DNA of 64,000 nt from Candidatus Latescibacterota bacterium (GTDB lineage Bacteria; Latescibacterota; UBA2968; UBA8231), in NCBI GenBank assembly GCA_965243025.1, contig CBDETY010000003.1, positions 2,656,001 to 2,720,000 of the forward strand, read 5' to 3'. The translations under genes were made by a program, and so were the position numbers. Positions 61,860 through 64,000 of this stretch are shown here, in pieces; positions within the stretch are counted from its first letter, which is position 1, and each line of letters opens with the position of its first letter. The notes below the pieces were generated by a model. That model was not told where the DNA came from and searched no databases. It saw nothing but the letters and a program-made list of their open reading frames with translations.

Positions 61860-62707
61860 TCATCGATACCCACACCCACTTCTACGACCCCGCCCGCCCC
61901 CAGGGAGTGCCCTGGCCGGGCGCCGGAGACGCCCTCCTCTACCGCACCGTGCTGCCGGAACACCACCGCGAGCTCGCCGTTCCCGAGGGGGTGACCGGAA
62001 CCGTCGTCGTCGAGGCCAGCGCCTGGCTGGAGGACAACCAGTGGGTGCTCGATCTCGCTGCCGCCGATCCCTGGATCGTCGGCCTGGTCGGACACGTCGA
62101 CCCCGACCGGGCCGGGTTCGCCGCCGACATCGAGCGCTTCGCCGGCAACCCCCTGTTCCGCGGGATCAGGGTCGCCGGCGGCTCGTTCGCGGAGATCGAT
62201 TCCGGCAGCTTCATGGCCGACATGGAGCTGCTGGCCCACCGCGACCTCGAGCTCGACGTGCTGATGGACACCGGCAACTTCGAGGGCCTCTGCTCCCTTG
62301 CGGAACGGATACCCGACCTGCGCATCGTCCTCAACCACCTCGTCAGCGTGCCGATCGACGGCAACGCCCCCGAGCCGCGCTGGGCCGACTGCATGCACCG
62401 TGCCGGGGCGCTGCCACAGGTGTACATGAAAGTCTCCGGGCTGGTGGAGCAGGCGGCGGTCAAGCCGGCGCCAACCGACCTCGCCTACTACGAGCCGACC
62501 CTCGACCTGGTCTGGGAGACTTTCGGAGAAGACCGTCTGATATACGGCAGCAACTGGCCCGTATCCGACATCGGGGGGGACTACGGAACGGTGATCGGCC
62601 TCGTGCGCAGCTATTTCGAGAGCAAGGGGAAAGCGGCCGCGGCCAAGTACTGGTCGGAGAACGCCAGGGCGGCATACAAGTGGGTCGACAGGTCATCTGA
62701 ACTGTAG
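61856..62707 (+). CDS. Amidohydrolase_2 family protein (L-fuconolactonase-like)
   Basis: IIDTHTHFYD, VVVEAS, FRGIR, VLNHL, KVSGL, YGSNWPV. Confidence 0.88.
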   Translation: MIIDTHTHFYDPARPQGVPWPGAGDALLYRTVLPEHHRELAVPEGVTGTVVVEASAWLEDNQWVLDLAAADPWIVGLVGHVDPDRAGFAADIERFAGNPLFRGIRVAGGSFAEIDSGSFMADMELLAHRDLELDVLMDTGNFEGLCSLAERIPDLRIVLNHLVSVPIDGNAPEPRWADCMHRAGALPQVYMKVSGLVEQAAVKPAPTDLAYYEPTLDLVWETFGEDRLIYGSNWPVSDIGGDYGTVIGLVRSYFESKGKAAAAKYWSENARAAYKWVDRSSEL

Positions 62708-62852
62708 GGTCCCCTCGAAAAAGCCCATCCGTGCTCCGGGCAACTTCGGCAACGGGCCGTTTGTTGACCGATCCGGGGATTTCCCTTTGGTTTGCCGGCC
62801 TGCACCCTGAGACCGGGAGTCCATGATCAACCATATCACAAGGGAGGGAGAT

Positions 62853-64000
62853 ATGGAATCGCCTCGCGCCGTTCAGGCGTACCGCGGCCCCCGGAGTTCC
62901 CGGAGGTTGCAAAGCCGGGGGTTCCTCGTTTTTGCGGCCCTGGCCCTGCTTCTGGCCCTGCCGGGGGCGGCCAGCGCAGACGAGCTCGACTCCGGCGACA
63001 CCGCGTGGATGCTGACGTCGACGGTGCTGGTCCTGTTCATGACCATTCCGGGGCTGTCGCTGTTCTACGGCGGGCTGGTGCGCACCAAGAACGTGCTGTC
63101 CGTACTGATGCAGTGCTTCGCCATCACCGGCCTGATGTCGATCGTCTGGGTCCTGTGGGGCTACAGCATCGCCTTCGACACCACCGGCATGGAAGCGGGG
63201 GTGATCAACTTCTCCTCGTTCGCCGGCGGCCTGTCCAAGGCATTCCTGTCCGGCGTCGGCGCGGACTCGATGTCCGGAACGATACCGGAGACGGTTTTCG
63301 TCACTTTTCAGATGACCTTCGCCATCATAACCCCGGCCCTGATCGTCGGGGCCTTCGCCGAGCGCATGAAGTTCACCGCGACGCTGCTGTTCATGGCGAT
63401 CTGGTCGACGGTCGTGTACGCCCCGGTCTGCCACATGGCCTGGAGCGGCGACGGTTCCTTCTTCGGCGACCGCGGGGTGCTCGACTTCGCCGGCGGCACC
63501 GTCGTTCACATCAACGCCGGTGTAGCGGCCCTCGTCGCCGCCCTCGTCGTCGGCAAGCGCCAGGGATACCCCGACAAGGTGATACCGCCTCACAGCACGG
63601 TGCTGACCGTCGTCGGCGCCTCGATGCTGTGGGTCGGCTGGTTCGGCTTCAACGCCGGAAGCGCGGTGGCCGCCGACGGCGCCGCGGGCATGGCGATGCT
63701 GGTGACCCAGGTTGCCACCGCTTCGGCCGCCCTCGGCTGGATGATCGCCGAGTGGATCAAACACGGCAAAGCCAGCGTGCTGGGCATGGCAACGGGAGCG
63801 GTCGCCGGGCTGGTGGCGATCACCCCTGCCTCGGGCAGCGTCGGCCCCATGGGAGCCATCGCAATCGGGCTGGCTTCCGGACTCATCTGCTTCTGGGCCG
63901 CCACGAGTCTCAAGCAGTCGCTCGGCTACGACGATTCGCTCGATGCTTTCGGCGTGCACGCGGTCGGCGGTATCGTCGGTGCCCTGCTGACCGGTATCTT
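62853..64000 (+). CDS. amtB: Ammonium transporter (partial, runs off the window edge)
   Basis: Translated by hand from ATG 62853 after GGAGGGAG: DTAWML, PGLSLFYGGLVRTKNVLS, FQMTFAIITPAL, DFAGGTVVHINAG, WFGFNAGS, DDSLDAFGVHAVGG. Confidence 0.96.
   Translation, partial: MESPRAVQAYRGPRSSRRLQSRGFLVFAALALLLALPGAASADELDSGDTAWMLTSTVLVLFMTIPGLSLFYGGLVRTKNVLSVLMQCFAITGLMSIVWVLWGYSIAFDTTGMEAGVINFSSFAGGLSKAFLSGVGADSMSGTIPETVFVTFQMTFAIITPALIVGAFAERMKFTATLLFMAIWSTVVYAPVCHMAWSGDGSFFGDRGVLDFAGGTVVHINAGVAALVAALVVGKRQGYPDKVIPPHSTVLTVVGASMLWVGWFGFNAGSAVAADGAAGMAMLVTQVATASAALGWMIAEWIKHGKASVLGMATGAVAGLVAITPASGSVGPMGAIAIGLASGLICFWAATSLKQSLGYDDSLDAFGVHAVGGIVGALLTGI

Noticed and set aside
62787-62804. Sigma54 promoter upstream of amtB
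   Set aside because: GG and GC are 11 nt apart rather than the required 10

Overview
GC-rich, gene-dense bacterial window with about 52 CDSs and one tRNA-Gly(GCC). The FlgD-type secreted proteins, a C-terminal 'AVEEDSWGRIK' motif, many PhyH dioxygenases and CRTAC/ASPIC-type proteins suggest a Ca. Latescibacterota/FCB-like diderm (inference only). Layout: (1) 1-5.3 kb, secreted/TPR protein block with an 87-bp inverted copy of a coding segment in an upstream leader; (2) 5.4-5.9 kb, decayed group II intron fragment next to a frameshifted DUF234-like remnant; (3) 6-29 kb, housekeeping and catabolic genes (adk, Dus, 3 PhyH, MlrC/M81, recQ, CocE, hemJ, nfo, PBP1A); (4) 29.4-46.3 kb, a divergent 13-gene locus with two cytidylyltransferase + CDP-alcohol phosphotransferase pairs, GT4, sulfotransferase, GINT1-like protein, two flippase types and an MMPL-MlaC-MlaC/DUF3047-TolC export set, which is the best candidate for an undescribed membrane-lipid head-group and export system; (5) 46-64 kb, divergent UvrA-like ATPase, metG, oxidoreductases, ppk2, polA, TfoX_C and a partial amtB. 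No CRISPR array, rRNA, integrase or intact transposase was seen. All family calls come from motif recognition by eye; no database searches were run.
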